The notes below the pieces were generated by a model. That model saw only the letters and a list, made by a program, of their open reading frames with translations, did no database searches and was not told where the DNA came from. Source: Scyliorhinus canicula (taxonomy: Eukaryota). From it: DNA of 64,000 nt. Where the stretch lies: NCBI RefSeq assembly GCF_902713615.1, contig NC_052149.1, positions 219,025,623 through 219,089,622 of the forward strand. Reading direction: 5' to 3'. Positions 1 through 12,019 of this stretch are shown here, in pieces. The stretch's first letter is position 1. Every line of letters begins with the position of its first letter. Both the position numbers and the translations under genes were made by a program.

Positions 1-401
1 AGCTGAGCAGTCAGGAACACTCCTGACAATTGCCCAGAAACAGGCCTTTTGGTCTAGCTGCTCTATGCTGGCACATTCAATCCTGCTTCACCTTACTCTG
101 CTAGCTTGTCGTCTATTCCTTTCTCCATCATTGCTTCACCTTAAAAGCCTTGCACCGCAACGACTTCATGCGGTTGCATGTCCCACAATCTAACCACTCT
201 CGGCTGCTGCTCCCGAGGTCTTTGCTGAAGTTATATTTTCGGTCTCCTCACAAACTGAACCGCCTTCCCATCATTTTGAAGACCCGCCTGTTTTGGGTCA
301 CCCCCCCCCCCCCCCCCCCCCCCCATTCGTCAGGTGATAGCCGAGAGCCAAGGCCCAGTTCCCACTGTCGGGCGCCCCCCCCCCTGTGGCCCCACACTCA
401 C

Positions 402-544
402 AGAGAGATGCCGCTCACATGGATGCTAACCGGTACCCGCGGCTGCTGGAACACTGTGCTCAGGAACACCAGGAAAGTCAACGCCGCCATCACCATCAAT
501 GTGAAGGCGAACAGCGAGTTAAACCGCGCGATCAGGCTGTTCAT
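402..544 (-). CDS. SPCS3: Signal peptidase complex subunit 3-like, coding exon 1 (rest of gene lies left of the window)
   Basis: MNSLIARFNSLFAFTLMVMAALTFLVFLSTVFQQPRVPVSIHVSGIS(L) resembles the SPCS3 N-terminus/TM segment (NSLFAF..VMAALTF..VPV..HVS). 143-nt coding exon ends at a CT|gtgagt donor in a GC/CpG-rich setting. Divergent, so possibly a paralog. Confidence 0.82.
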
Positions 545-751
545 CTTTTCCCCCCCCCCACTCCCCGCACCCGCTCCAGGTGCAGCTCTGCGAACAGCCC
601 CAGCGCCCAAAACACTCCGGCGCCACCACTGCGGCTCAGAATAAAGGTTCCCGCGCCACTGCCACCCCCCTCCCCCGCAAACATGTCCCCCTTCAACCAC
701 ACTGCACCAGCTCAAGACCTCCCAACCCCACATCCGCATCTTATAATGACG

Positions 752-1056
752 TAATAATAATCTTTATTCGTGCCACAAGTAGGCTTTACATTAATACGGC
801 AATGAAGTTACTGTGAAATCCCCTAGTTGCCACAATCCGGCGCCTGTTCGGGCACACAGAGGGAGATTCAGAATGTCCAATTCACCTAACAATCACGTCT
901 TTCGGGACTTGTGGGAGGAAACCGGAGCACTCAGAGGAGACCCACGCAGACACGGGGACAGTGCGCAGACTCCGCACAGAGTGGCCCAAACCAGGAATCA
1001 AACCCGGATCCTGGCGCTGTGAAACAAGTTCTAACCACTGTGCTTCTGTGCCACCC
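752..1056 (-). mobile_element. tRNA-derived V-domain SINE, type C (tail ...cacagtaacttcatt...aataaagattatta)
   Basis: tRNA-like head, central gtctgcgtgggt..tcc..gtgctccggtttcctcccaca domain; same family as 13298, 21962, 29400, 63543. Confidence 0.8.
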
Positions 1057-2027
1057 TCCCCTCAAGGTTCAGATCTCCAAATAAAATACGCCAATGACTT
1101 TTGACGGTTAAACTCGTTATAATGAAAGGCTTATCCTGACTGGCATACCAGCAATGGCATTCATTCCTGATGTGGGGTGCATTCTCGAAACTCTGTCCAC
1201 GTCCAGCAAAGTGAGATGTGATCAGCAAAAGTGGCAACCTGCAAAAACATTGAAAATCCGTCGCTGTTACTCCCCCCTCCCCAAACAGGTTACAAGTATA
1301 AACAAAAATGAATGACACTAGCCATGAGCCAGGCTCGGCAAGTTAGGGTCACACTATTATTGCTGCAGAATAATAATCAATTCAGAGACACACTCAGTTG
1401 TGACTGAGATGCATTCCGACTAATTTATGAGATTTTAAAATGTTCCAGACTATACAACAAGCAGAATTAATGAATGAAAACAATATCTGACATTTGACCC
1501 ATCAAAAAGTGTCTGCTAGATTGAATTGAAGTTTGCAAGGTTTGATTGAGGCAGAAGATCTGCAGTGCAAATTCAAACCCAACTGTCATAGAAAATGAAG
1601 CAGGCAAAGTTGCAACTTCATAATTAACAGGGTTATGCCACCAGCCCTGAAATAGGTCAATTTGAGCTAATTTCATGCTCACTTGAGCTCAAGGGAAAGT
1701 GTCTCAATTACTGAGATACAGCATTTACACTGATTTGTCATTGTTGCTTTAGATAAACCAAAAGATAGCATCCATCTCACTTTTTAGAACTAATCACTAT
1801 TCAGTAATCTCAGCTACATGTACATATAGGTGGGTAATCGCTGTGACAAGATCAGGCTCAGCTATGACTTCACCTTCTTTTCAAAATACTCATCAGATTG
1901 CTGGTGGAATTACAGGCCACATGCGTGCCACAAATATTAGCAGGTATCTACCTGCATCTTCCTCAACATTATGCAAGCAGGGAGTGACACAAGATTACCC
2001 CCCCCCCCCACGCCCTTGATTTGCAAA

Positions 2028-2207
2028 AATGAAATGAAAATCACTTATTGTCACAAGTAGACTTCAAATGAAGTTACTGTGGAAAGCCCCTGGTCGCCAC
2101 ATTCCGACGCCTGTTCAGGGAGGCTGGTACAGGAATTGAACCGTGCTGCTGGCCTGCCTTGGACTGCTTTCAAAGTCAGCGATTTAGCCCTGTGCTAAAC
2201 TAGCTCC
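2028..2207 (-). mobile_element. Short tRNA-derived SINE, type D
   Basis: Near-identical to copies at 5416, 7585 and 46358; A/B-box-like head and (catttt)n-like tail. Confidence 0.75.
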
Positions 2208-3595
2208 TATGACAGCAAAGATTACATTCGCTATTTCAGTATAAAACTGTATTTACTTTTTCCCCCAGCTCTCTCTTTCCATACCATGCACCAGTACACC
2301 AAGATACATCACATTTCACTAATACTTTCACCCCCACCCCCATTTTGTTCTTTCGCTCTCTGACAAAAGTAGTAACATAATTACAACGATACAACCTATA
2401 GTTGTAAAGAGCATTTTATTTGTTATGAGGGTTGTGATTGCCGCCGGCAATGCCCCCCCCCCCCTCCCCCAGAAACATAAAAAAAGATTAAAATATCTTA
2501 ATTTTAATATGAACCTGCACTTTTTAAAACTAATATAAAAGACAATTCAGGATACTTGAAAGGCATGGACATCATTTTTGTCCAGGGATGAAAATGGAAA
2601 CAGATTCTCAATTACATCCATGGCCAGGAAGAATGAAAATTGGCTTCTATAATGTGTAAAAATGTATTAGTATCCTGCAAAAAAACAGAACATTTTCTAA
2701 ATTAAATAACTTGGAAAACCTGAATAAAAAAAAGTAGAGAAAAAGTATGCAGTTTTACAATTAAGTCTCTGGGCACACTTTCTGTAAGTTAGAAAAGGAA
2801 CTTAAAAAGGTTATATTTGCACCAATCAAAAGTTTTTATTTTCTACAGAGCATTTTCCCGTCTCAGTTTTGTCAGGGTCTGGGAGGGAACCAACCTTCAT
2901 ATGGGCACAGCTCTGAGCAGGCCAAACATTCAGTTATCCACATCATATCCAAACATCTTGCAGATTTCAAATAAGGACTTCTATATGTAGGTATGTATAA
3001 ATGAAAAAAAAATGTTTTCCTATAAAATGAAGGATTTTACACACACACAGTATCCCAAAGTTATTTCAAGGTGACTCTGCACCTTGAATCTTTAATAATG
3101 GTTTTAAAAATAAAATGCAGCAGGAAGGCCACAGTTTCTGAATTACTTGCGGTAGAGTTAAATGGAAAGCTAATTTCTACAGATGTCAGTAAGACAAGCC
3201 ATGTAAAAACAAAGTCCTTCCTGGAAGAGCCCCAAGCAATAAGGTTTGAATGTACTCTGTGGCAGAGGAAACTGATATAGTCAACATCTGACATTCACCT
3301 TCCAAAGGAATACACAGAAACGATTTGATAATTGCAGCAGCTTCCTCGTGGCCTAAGAGTGGCCAAGTCATTGAAAAACTCAGTCCATTTCTTTAAGACT
3401 AAAGTGCTTTTGTAAACTCCTGAAAGTTCTTAAGATAAGAATACAGCCTGAATACATGCTTTATTTCCTGCCTAATTCAGGAATTGTTTTGTCCTTATCC
3501 TGTTGCCAAGGTTTTGTCATTTGGTTCTCGACTTCATTCTCACTGAAGAGCGGTGTTATCAGTTGGATCATCATGAACGATTTCAACCTACTACC

Positions 3596-3771
3596 TCAGT
3601 TTTCTGATTCACAATCTTTGTTAGTACAGTCACTAAGGTCAGATGGTAGATTTTTGGTTTCAGCAATGAGGCGTTTCACTCCGACCATCCACTGTCCTAC
3701 TTCATTCACATGGTCAACCATCAGAGATCTGTGGATTTCATCAGCAGAATCCCAATTGCAGTGTTCCATTT
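3596..3771 (-). CDS. SRA1: Steroid receptor RNA activator 1 (SRAP), coding exon 5 (last)
   Basis: cag acceptor; (E)[57 protein letters not shown] matches the SRA1 C-terminal [19 protein letters not shown] motif; TGA at 3598-3596. Confidence 0.93.
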
Positions 3772-3879
3772 CTGTCAGGAGACAAACATATACAACATAT
3801 CCTTAGGACATAAAATATCATTATAAACAAACAATTACAACAATACACAGACGTGCAGGTAAAGGGCAGGGATAGAGGC

Positions 3880-6800
3880 GCGAACATACAAAACACGAGC
3901 AGTATTGCCTGCTCCGCAATTCACTAAGATCATGGTTGACCTGTTTGTATTGAGTTCCACATTTCCATCTACCCCCGAGGGAATCTATCTACCTCTGCCG
4001 TAAAAATATTCAATGACTCCCCTTCTTATGCAGAGTTCCAAAGCTGCACAGCCCTCAGGGAAAAGGTTTCTCCCTATCTCTGTCTTATAAAGGGCTTCCC
4101 CTAATTTTAAAACACTGCCCCCTTAGCTCTGGACTCACCCACAAAAGGAACCATCCTTTACACATACACCTTGTCAAGACCATTCACGATCTTACATACT
4201 ACAATCAAGTCACCTTTCAGTCTTCTAAACTCTCGTGGAAACAAGCCCATCCTGTCCAACCTATCTTTATAAGACAAACTGCTCATTCCAGGTATCAACC
4301 TAGTAAACATGGAATGGGAAGTAAAAGGATAAAATAGTGTTCTGATTAAATCATTCTGAGTTATATCACATGCATCAGGAATAACTAAGTATTTTATCTT
4401 TGTAATGCATGCCAAAGAGCCTCACAGGATGGATATAAATTTAAAACCAATGTTCCTGTTAATTTGCATTTTGTTATCTATTGGTGCTAACAAATCTTGC
4501 TATTCTGATTTACAACTTAGCCATCAATCAGGTAACAGTGTGAAGAACAAGCGATTTCAAACAGGACAAGCCAGCAATAATAAAATAGGATATAAAATAG
4601 ATACTGAGTTTCTTGCATTCGATGGTCCAAACTGCACGGACATGGTCAAGGGCCATAATTGCCCTAAAGGCTGCAAGTATGACACTCCTCTATTACATTA
4701 AAATTTCGATCATTAGAGAGCTCCCATTTTACAATGGCTTTGTATGACAAATAGATTTTTATGTCTGAATAAACAAACCTGTTTCAGCTTCCCCATTTGA
4801 CCGAGGAATATAGCAAATAGGGGTCGGTCATTCGTCCCCCTCAAGTCTGCTCTGCCACCAACTACATCATGGCTGTTTCTACCTCAATGCCATTTTCCCA
4901 AACCAACTCCATATCCCTTGATATCTTTAATATTTAGAAATCTATCGATATCTGTCTTGAACATATTCAATGACTGAACCTCCACAACCCTCTGGGATCG
5001 AGAGTTCCAGATTCACCACCCTCCGAGTACAGACATTCCTCCTCATCTGTCCAAAATAATCTACCTCTTATTCTGAGACTGTGCCGCTGGTTCTACACCC
5101 CTCTCCACCCAGACAGGGGGAACATGTTTCCTGCATATATACGGCTAGACAGGATAAGAATATTGTACGTTTAAATGAGATCCCCTCTCATTCTTCGAAA
5201 CTCTAGAGAATATAGGCCTCCTCAATCTCTCCTTATAGGGCAAATCCGCCACCCCAGGAATCAATCTGGTGAATCTCCACTACAATCCCTCCATGGAAAG
5301 TATATCCTTCCTTTGGTTAAGGAGTCCAAAACTGTACACAATATTCAAGGTGCAGTTTCACCAAGGCTCTGCAGCAAGACATCTTTATTCCGGTGCTCAA
5401 ATCCTCTTGCAATAAAATGAAATGAAAATCGCTTATTGTCACAAGTAAGCTTCAATGAAGTTACTGTGAAAAGCCCCTAGTCGCCACATTCCGGCGCCTG
5501 TCCGGGGAGGCTGGTACGGGAATTGAACCGTGCTGCTGGCCTGCTTGGTCTGCTTTAAAAGCCAGTGATTTAGCTCAGTGAGCTAAACCAGCCCCTGAAT
5601 GAAGACCAACATACCATTTGCCTTCCTAATTGCTTGCTGCGCCTACATTCAAACTTTATGACTTATGAACAAAGACATACGGGTCCCTTTGGACACAAAT
5701 ATTTCCCAACCTCTCACCATTTATGAAATACTTTACATTTCTGTTTTTCCTACCAAAGTGGATAACTTCACCTTTTGTCACATTATATTCCATCTACCAT
5801 ATTCTTGTCCACTCACAAAGCCTTGAAGTTTTCTTTCATCCATACATCGACATTCTGCCCTTCGAGCCTGCTCCGCCATTCAGTATGATCATGGCTGATC
5901 ATCAAATTCAATACCCTGATCCCGCGTTCCTACCATATCCCTTGATCCCTTTAGCCCAAATAACTATATCCAATTCCTTCTTGAAATCACAAAACATTTT
6001 GGGCTCAACTACTTTCTGTGGTAGTGAATTCCACAGATTCACTACTCTCGGAGTGAAGAAATTTCTCCACACCTCAGTCCTAAAAGGTTTACCCCTTATC
6101 CTTAAACAATGACCCTTAATTCTGGACTCCCCATCCTCGGGAATATTCTTTCTGAATCTACCCTGTCTAATCCTTTTAGAATTATATAAATTTCTATGAG
6201 ATCCTCTCTCTTCTAAACTCTAATGAATATAATCCGAACCAGCTTAGTCTCTACTCATATGACAGTCCCGCTATTCCCAGGAATCAACCTGGTAAACTTT
6301 TGCTGCACTCCCTCTATGGTAAGAGCATCCTCCCTCAGATAAGGACACCAAAACTGCACACAATACTCCAGGTGTGGGCTCACCAGCCCCCTATACAATT
6401 GCAGTAAAACATCCCTATTCCTATACTCAAATCCTCTTGCTATGAAGGCCAACAATACCATTTGCTTTCTTTATTGCCTGTTGCACCTGTGCACTAACTT
6501 TCAGCGGCTGATGTACAAGAACACCAAGTTCTCGCTGAGTATCCACCTCTCTCAATTCACACCCATTCAAATAATAATCTGCCTTCCTCTATTTGCTACC
6601 TCACATTTATCCACATTATATTGCATATGCCTACTCACTCAGCCTTTCCAAATCATGCTGAAGCATCTCTGCACCCACTTTCGGTTCATCCTCCCACCCA
6701 ACTTTGTATCATGTACAAATTTGAAGATAATACATTTAGTTCCTTTGTCCAAATCATTGATATATATTGTGAACAGTTGGGGTCCAAGCACAGATCCTTT

Positions 6801-7310
6801 CTCACAACTCACATTCCTAGTTTTGTATCATCAACAAACTTAGAAATTTACATTTGTCCCCCACATCTAAATCATTGATACAGTTTGTGAATAGTTGGAG
6901 CCCCAGCACTGATCCTTGAGGTGCCCCGATAGACAGCCTGCCAAACTGAGAACAACCCGTTTGTTCCTACTCTCTATTTTATGTCTGTTAACCAATTGTC
7001 AATTCATGTCAGTATATACCCCCTCATCCATGTGCCCTAATTTTGCTCCTGTGTTGTACCTCCTGTGTAGGACCTTACAAAAATCCAATATTATTCACTG
7101 GTTCCTCCTCATCTATTTTGCTAGTTACATCCTCAAAATGCTCGAACAGGTTTGTCAAACATGATTGCCCTTTCACAAATCCTCTTGCCTACTCTTCTCA
7201 ATCGCAGCATTTTTTTTTAGGTGTCCAGTTATCACAGCCTTTATAATAGATTCTAGAGTTTCCCTACTACCGATGTCAGTCTAGCAGGTCTGTAGTTCTC
7301 CATTTTCTCC
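3880..7310 (-). mobile_element. Degraded, nested CR1-type LINE fragments in SRA1 intron 4
   Basis: ORF remnants such as LAFIARGFEYRNRDVLLQLYRGLVSPHLEYCVQFW and FTRLIPGM..LSY..RL, typical of the CR1 ORF2 C-terminus; several pieces interrupted by SINEs. Confidence 0.75.
5416..5595 (-). mobile_element. Short tRNA-derived SINE, type D
   Basis: Full copy ggggctggtttagctcac...gtgacaataagcgattttcattt (minus strand) interrupting a CR1 remnant. Confidence 0.8.
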
Positions 7311-7327
7311 CTCTCTACTTTTTTTTT

Positions 7328-7545
7328 TATAAATTTAGATTAGCCAATTATTTTTTCTAATTAAGGGGCAATTTAGCGTGGCCAATCCACCTACTCTGCA
7401 CATTTTTGGGTTGTGGGGGCGAAACCCACGCAGACACGGGGAGAATGTGCAAACTCCACACAGACAGTGACCCAGAGCCGGGATCGAACCTGGGACCTCA
7501 GCGCCGTGAGGCGGTTGTGCTAACCAGTAGGCCACCGTGCTGCCC
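7328..7545 (-). mobile_element. V-domain SINE, short type B
   Basis: gggcagcacggtggc...gttcgatcccggctctgggtcactg...aaattgccccttaatt; family repeated at 21291, 24251, 40299, 43376, 47998, 51012. Confidence 0.8.
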
Positions 7546-7584
7546 TCCTCTCTACTTTCTTGTGGTTACATTTGCTACCTTCTG

Positions 7585-7772
7585 AATGAAATGAAAAATG
7601 AAATGAAAATAGCTTATTGTCACGAATAGGCTTCAATGAAGTTACTGTGAAAAGCCCCTAGTTGCCACATTCCGCCGCCTGTCCGGGGAGGCTGGTATGG
7701 GAATCGAACCGTGCTGCTGGGCCTGCTTGGTCTGCTTTAAAAGCCAGCGATTTAGCCTGGTGAGCTAAACCA
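7585..7772 (-). mobile_element. Short tRNA-derived SINE, type D
   Basis: Near-identical to 5416-5595. Confidence 0.78.
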
Positions 7773-7896
7773 GTGAGCTGGTGAGCTAATCTGGTGAGCT
7801 AATCTGCATGAATCATTCCAGAATCTATAGAATTTTGGAAGATGACCATCAATGCAACCACTTTCTCTACAGCCACCTCTTTCAACATTCTATAAT

Positions 7897-9586
7897 GTTC
7901 CCGATGAACTCAATGCATTCAAGGCTCGGTTCGAGAAGGTAACTAACAATCCGCTGTCGAGTGCCCCAGCAGCCCATAATTCACCCGTACCCACCATCAC
8001 AGCTTCCGAAGTCAGATCGGCCTTCCTGAAAGTGAATCCTCGGAAGGCGACGGGCCCGGACGGGATCCCTGGTCGTGCACTCAGAGCCTGCGCGGACCAG
8101 CTGGCAGAGGTGTTCGCAGACATCTTTAACCTGTCCCTACTCCACCTCAAGATCCCCGTCTGCTTCAAGAAGACCACCATCATACCGGTACCAGCCCAAG
8201 AAGAACCAGGCAACGTGCCTCAATGACTACCGTCCGGTGGCCCTGACTTCAGTCGTAATGAAGTGCTTCAAGAGGTTGATCATGAAGCGCATACTTCCTT
8301 CATACCTTCATACTCCCAGAACGCCTTGATCCACTGCAATTCGCATACCGTTGCAACCAGTCCACATCGGACACCATTTCCCTGGCCCTACACTCATCCC
8401 TAGAGCATTTCGAAAACAAGGACTCCTACATCAGACTCCTATTTATTGACTACAGCTCCGTCTTCAACCCCATAATCCCAGCCAAGCTCATATAAAAGCT
8501 CCAAAACCTAGGACTTGGCTCTCCACTCTGCAACTGGATCCTCGATTTTCTGACCAACAGACCACAATCAGTAAGAATGAACAACAACACCTCCTCCACA
8601 ATAGTCCTCAATACCGGGACCCCGCAAGGCTGCGTACTTAGCCCCCGACTCTACTCCCTGTACACACACAACTGCGTGGCAAAATTTGGTTCCAACTCCA
8701 TCTACAAGTTTGCTGACGATATGACCATAGTGGACCGGATCTCGAATAACGAGTCAGAATAGAGGAGGGAGATAGAGAGAGATAGAGATAGAGTGGTGTA
8801 GCGACAACAATCTCTCCCTCAATGCCAGCAAAACTAAAGAGCTGGTCATTGACTTCAGGAAGCAAAGTACGGTACACACCCCTGTCAGCATCAACAGGGC
8901 CGAGGTGGAGATGGTTAGCAGTTTCAAATTCCTAGGGGTGCACATCTCCAAACATCTGTCCTGGTCCACCCACGTCGACGCTACCACCAAGAAAGCACAA
9001 CAACGCCTATACTTCCTCAGGAAACTAAAGAAATTCGGCATGTCCACATTAACTCTTACCAACTTTTACAGATGCACCATAGAAAGCGTCCTATCTGGTT
9101 GCATCACAGCCTGGTATGGCAACTGCTCGGCCCAGGACCGCAAGAAACTTCAGAGAGTCGTGAACACAGCCCAGTCCATCACATGTACCTGCCTCCCATC
9201 CATTGACTCCATCTACACCTCCCGCTGCCTGGGGAAAGCGGGCAGCATAATCAAAGATCTCTCCCACCCAGCTTACTCACTCTTCCTACTTCTTCCATCG
9301 GGCAGGAGATACAGAAGTCTGAGAACACGCACGAACAGACTCAAAAACAGCTTCTTCCCCACTATCACCAGACTCCTAAATGACCCTCTTATGGACTGAC
9401 CTCATTAACACTACACCCTGTATGTTTCACCCGATGCCGGTGCTTATGTAGTTACATTGTATATCTTATGTTGCCCCATTATGTATTTTCTTTTATTCCT
9501 TTTCTTCCCATGTACTTAATGATCTGCTCGCAGAAAAATACTTTTCATTGTACCTCGGTACACGTGACAATCAACAAATCCAAATC
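7897..9586 (+). mobile_element. 5'-truncated Rex1/Babar-like non-LTR retrotransposon (frameshifted RT)
   Basis: [75 protein letters not shown] motifs; 3' end gtacctcggtacacgtgacaat followed by aaatcc repeats. Confidence 0.88.
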
Positions 9587-9792
9587 TAGATCATCAAGTC
9601 ATGGGGATTTATCAACTTTCGGTCCCATTAATTTCCACAGTACTACGTTTTTGCCAATACTAATTTCTTTCAATTTCTCATTCTCACTAGTCCCTTGGTT
9701 CCCTAATATTCCAGGGAGGTCTTTTGTATCTTCCTTCATGTTATTTTTACTGCCATTTCCTTATTCCCAATCTTCAATTCTCCTGCCTCTAT

Positions 9793-10667
9793 TGACATGA
9801 TAGGGCAATATTAAGAACTTGGGTCCAGAAAAAGGGTTCAAGATGTCGCGGGAAACTTAGATTGCTAGCAACAGAGTCAGAGGGATAGGGCCACAGCATG
9901 AGTTACCTTGTCCCATTCAGACTGAACCTTGAGTGGGAATACACAGGATACCCTGGTTAAGCCAGGAAAATCCACTCAACTTCCACTGTCATTCGGGACA
10001 ACCTTGGTTGATCAGCCATTATCCTATCACAGTGTCTGATTAACTGTTTGTCCATCAAGGGAAGGTTAGTTGCATATGAATGGCATAGCTCTGTTCTTTT
10101 GTCTAAATGGGAGTGGGCAATCAGCTGAGAAACAATAAGGGATTCAAATCTGGTCATCTCAGGGGAGAACGTTTGTTTGAGGGGGTGGGCAGAGCTTAGA
10201 GAGAGAGAAGAAGAAATGCTTTTTTGAACAGTTATAGCAGAAGGCTGTGGAGGTCACCCCAGAGAGGTCAAGAAAAAGCTGCTCCAGATACAGATTTTTG
10301 AAATAGGTTTTAAAGGAACTTGACTTACAACAGAGAATTGCTTCATAAATATAAGTATCATCTTTGCCTGTCTATGTAAGTGGAATGACAGTGGTATGTT
10401 TATTGGATGTGTTGTTTAATGGGAATTAATATGTTATGGTTAAGAAACTGAATGTAATCTGTTAGTGCTAGAGCTGAAGTAAAAGTTTAAATATTGTTTT
10501 TTCATTTGTTTTAATAAAGTTTGTTTATAAAATAACCAAACCCTATTTCTTATATTATCACTCCTGGAACAAATCAATCTTTCCGCACTGCATTAAAATT
10601 TGAAAATGTTATGGCATCTGGTCCAGTTTCTTAGCCACTATTGAGAGATGACCAGACATCTGTAACA
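9793..10667 (+). mobile_element. Solo LTR (TG...CA, 4-bp TSD CTAT), probably Gypsy-like
   Basis: Begins tgacat and ends tgtaaca; flanked by ctat at 9789-9792 and 10668-10671; splits a contiguous CR1 remnant; internal AATAAA near 10513. Confidence 0.7.
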
Positions 10668-11303
10668 CTATCTGTAGTGGGTCCAGATTTGTCTTTGCTA
10701 ATCTTTTTCTTTTCACATACCTATCAAAGCTTTTACATTCTATTTTTACATTTCTCACTAGCTTATTTTTACATTCTATTTTTCCCTTCATTAGTTTCTT
10801 GATCCTCCTTCGCTAAATTCTAAAATACTCCCAATCCTCAGGCTTACTACTTTTCTTGACAACTTTACCTTTTCCTTTGATCAAATACAATCTTAAACTT
10901 CTCTTGTTTGCCTAATTGCCCTTGAACGGAGTGGCTTGCACGGCCATTTCAGAAGGAATTTAAAAGTCAACCGCGTTGCTGTGTATCTGGGGTCACAGTA
11001 GGCCAGACCAGGTAAGGATGGCAGTTGAAGCTCAACAATGGTCATATTGAATTATGCAGCAGGCTTGACAGGCCAAATGGTCTAGTCCTGTTCCAATGTC
11101 ACATGTTCTTTTTACAAAAAAGGGCCTTTGCTGAAAAAAGTACAACTCTGCTCACTCATTTTGACACTGGAGTGTTACATGCCTTTTATACTTATAAAAA
11201 CACTGCTTGCATTTATATAGCATTTTATCACATCTCTCAGCACATCACAAACAGTCTCATATACAAGGATTTGGCAAGATGCAAGTCACAACAAATTGAT
11301 TAC

Positions 11304-11412
11304 CTAGTGTGAGCAGGTGCATCCTTTTTTGCACTGATGCAGATAACTTTCCTGATTGCCACATATCCTGGAGCATTATTAGCCTTCTTCCAATATCATT
11401 ACAAACTTGTTT
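11304..11412 (-). CDS. SRA1: SRA1 coding exon 4
   Basis: tag|[36 protein letters not shown]|gt, 109 nt; matches SRA1 KQVCDDISRRL..W..GKLS..VKKRM. Confidence 0.93.
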
Positions 11413-12019
11413 CTAGACAGGAAATTTGAAAACAATTCAAATTATTAACTTCAATTATTAGCTGTGACAACACTTAATATTTACACTTTAGCAAGCGTTC
11501 AAAATAACACAATACTCTTCATGACACTTACCAGCTACCATTAAACTATCGCTTCATTTAAAATAAAATTTAAAAATTAATTATTAGACAATTGCTTCCA
11601 TTGATATATCATTAATTTATTTGCTAAGATCCATCTGCACCACCCACAATTCCTATACTTGGGTGGTCAAATTACTGACAGTAAATTTTGCTTTAGAACA
11701 AATTCACACATGGAAGATATGAAGAGGGGTGATAATTGATTCAATCAAATGATTTTTTTCTTTCTGGGGAAATGCTTGGTGTGCACTCTGTCTCCTCCTC
11801 AATTTCTAGCCTGAAATTGGAAACTGTGAATGTGGGCAATCACGGCTGTGATCCAATTTCCCACTATTACATATCATACTGGTACAATCAATTTTTTACC
11901 AGGTTGTTTCACCTATACTAAGTAACAATGCACAATTGACACTCACTTTTAATGGAAACCCAAAGGAAGAATATCACTACTCCTTGAAAGATAGGTGTGT
12001 GTTGCAGCTTTCCTAGATA

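Noticed and set aside
150-816. Pro-rich plus-strand ORFs (150-644, 386-754, 580-816)
   Set aside because: Antisense shadows of the GC-rich SPCS3-like exon and poly-C runs; no recognisable protein.
3530-3600. Possible let-7 precursor gene
   Set aside because: 3' part of the mature sequence diverges, no let-7 star arm, and only weak pairing downstream; kept only as a motif finding.
3456-3806. 116-aa plus-strand ORF
   Set aside because: Antisense to the SRA1 last exon; no independent support.
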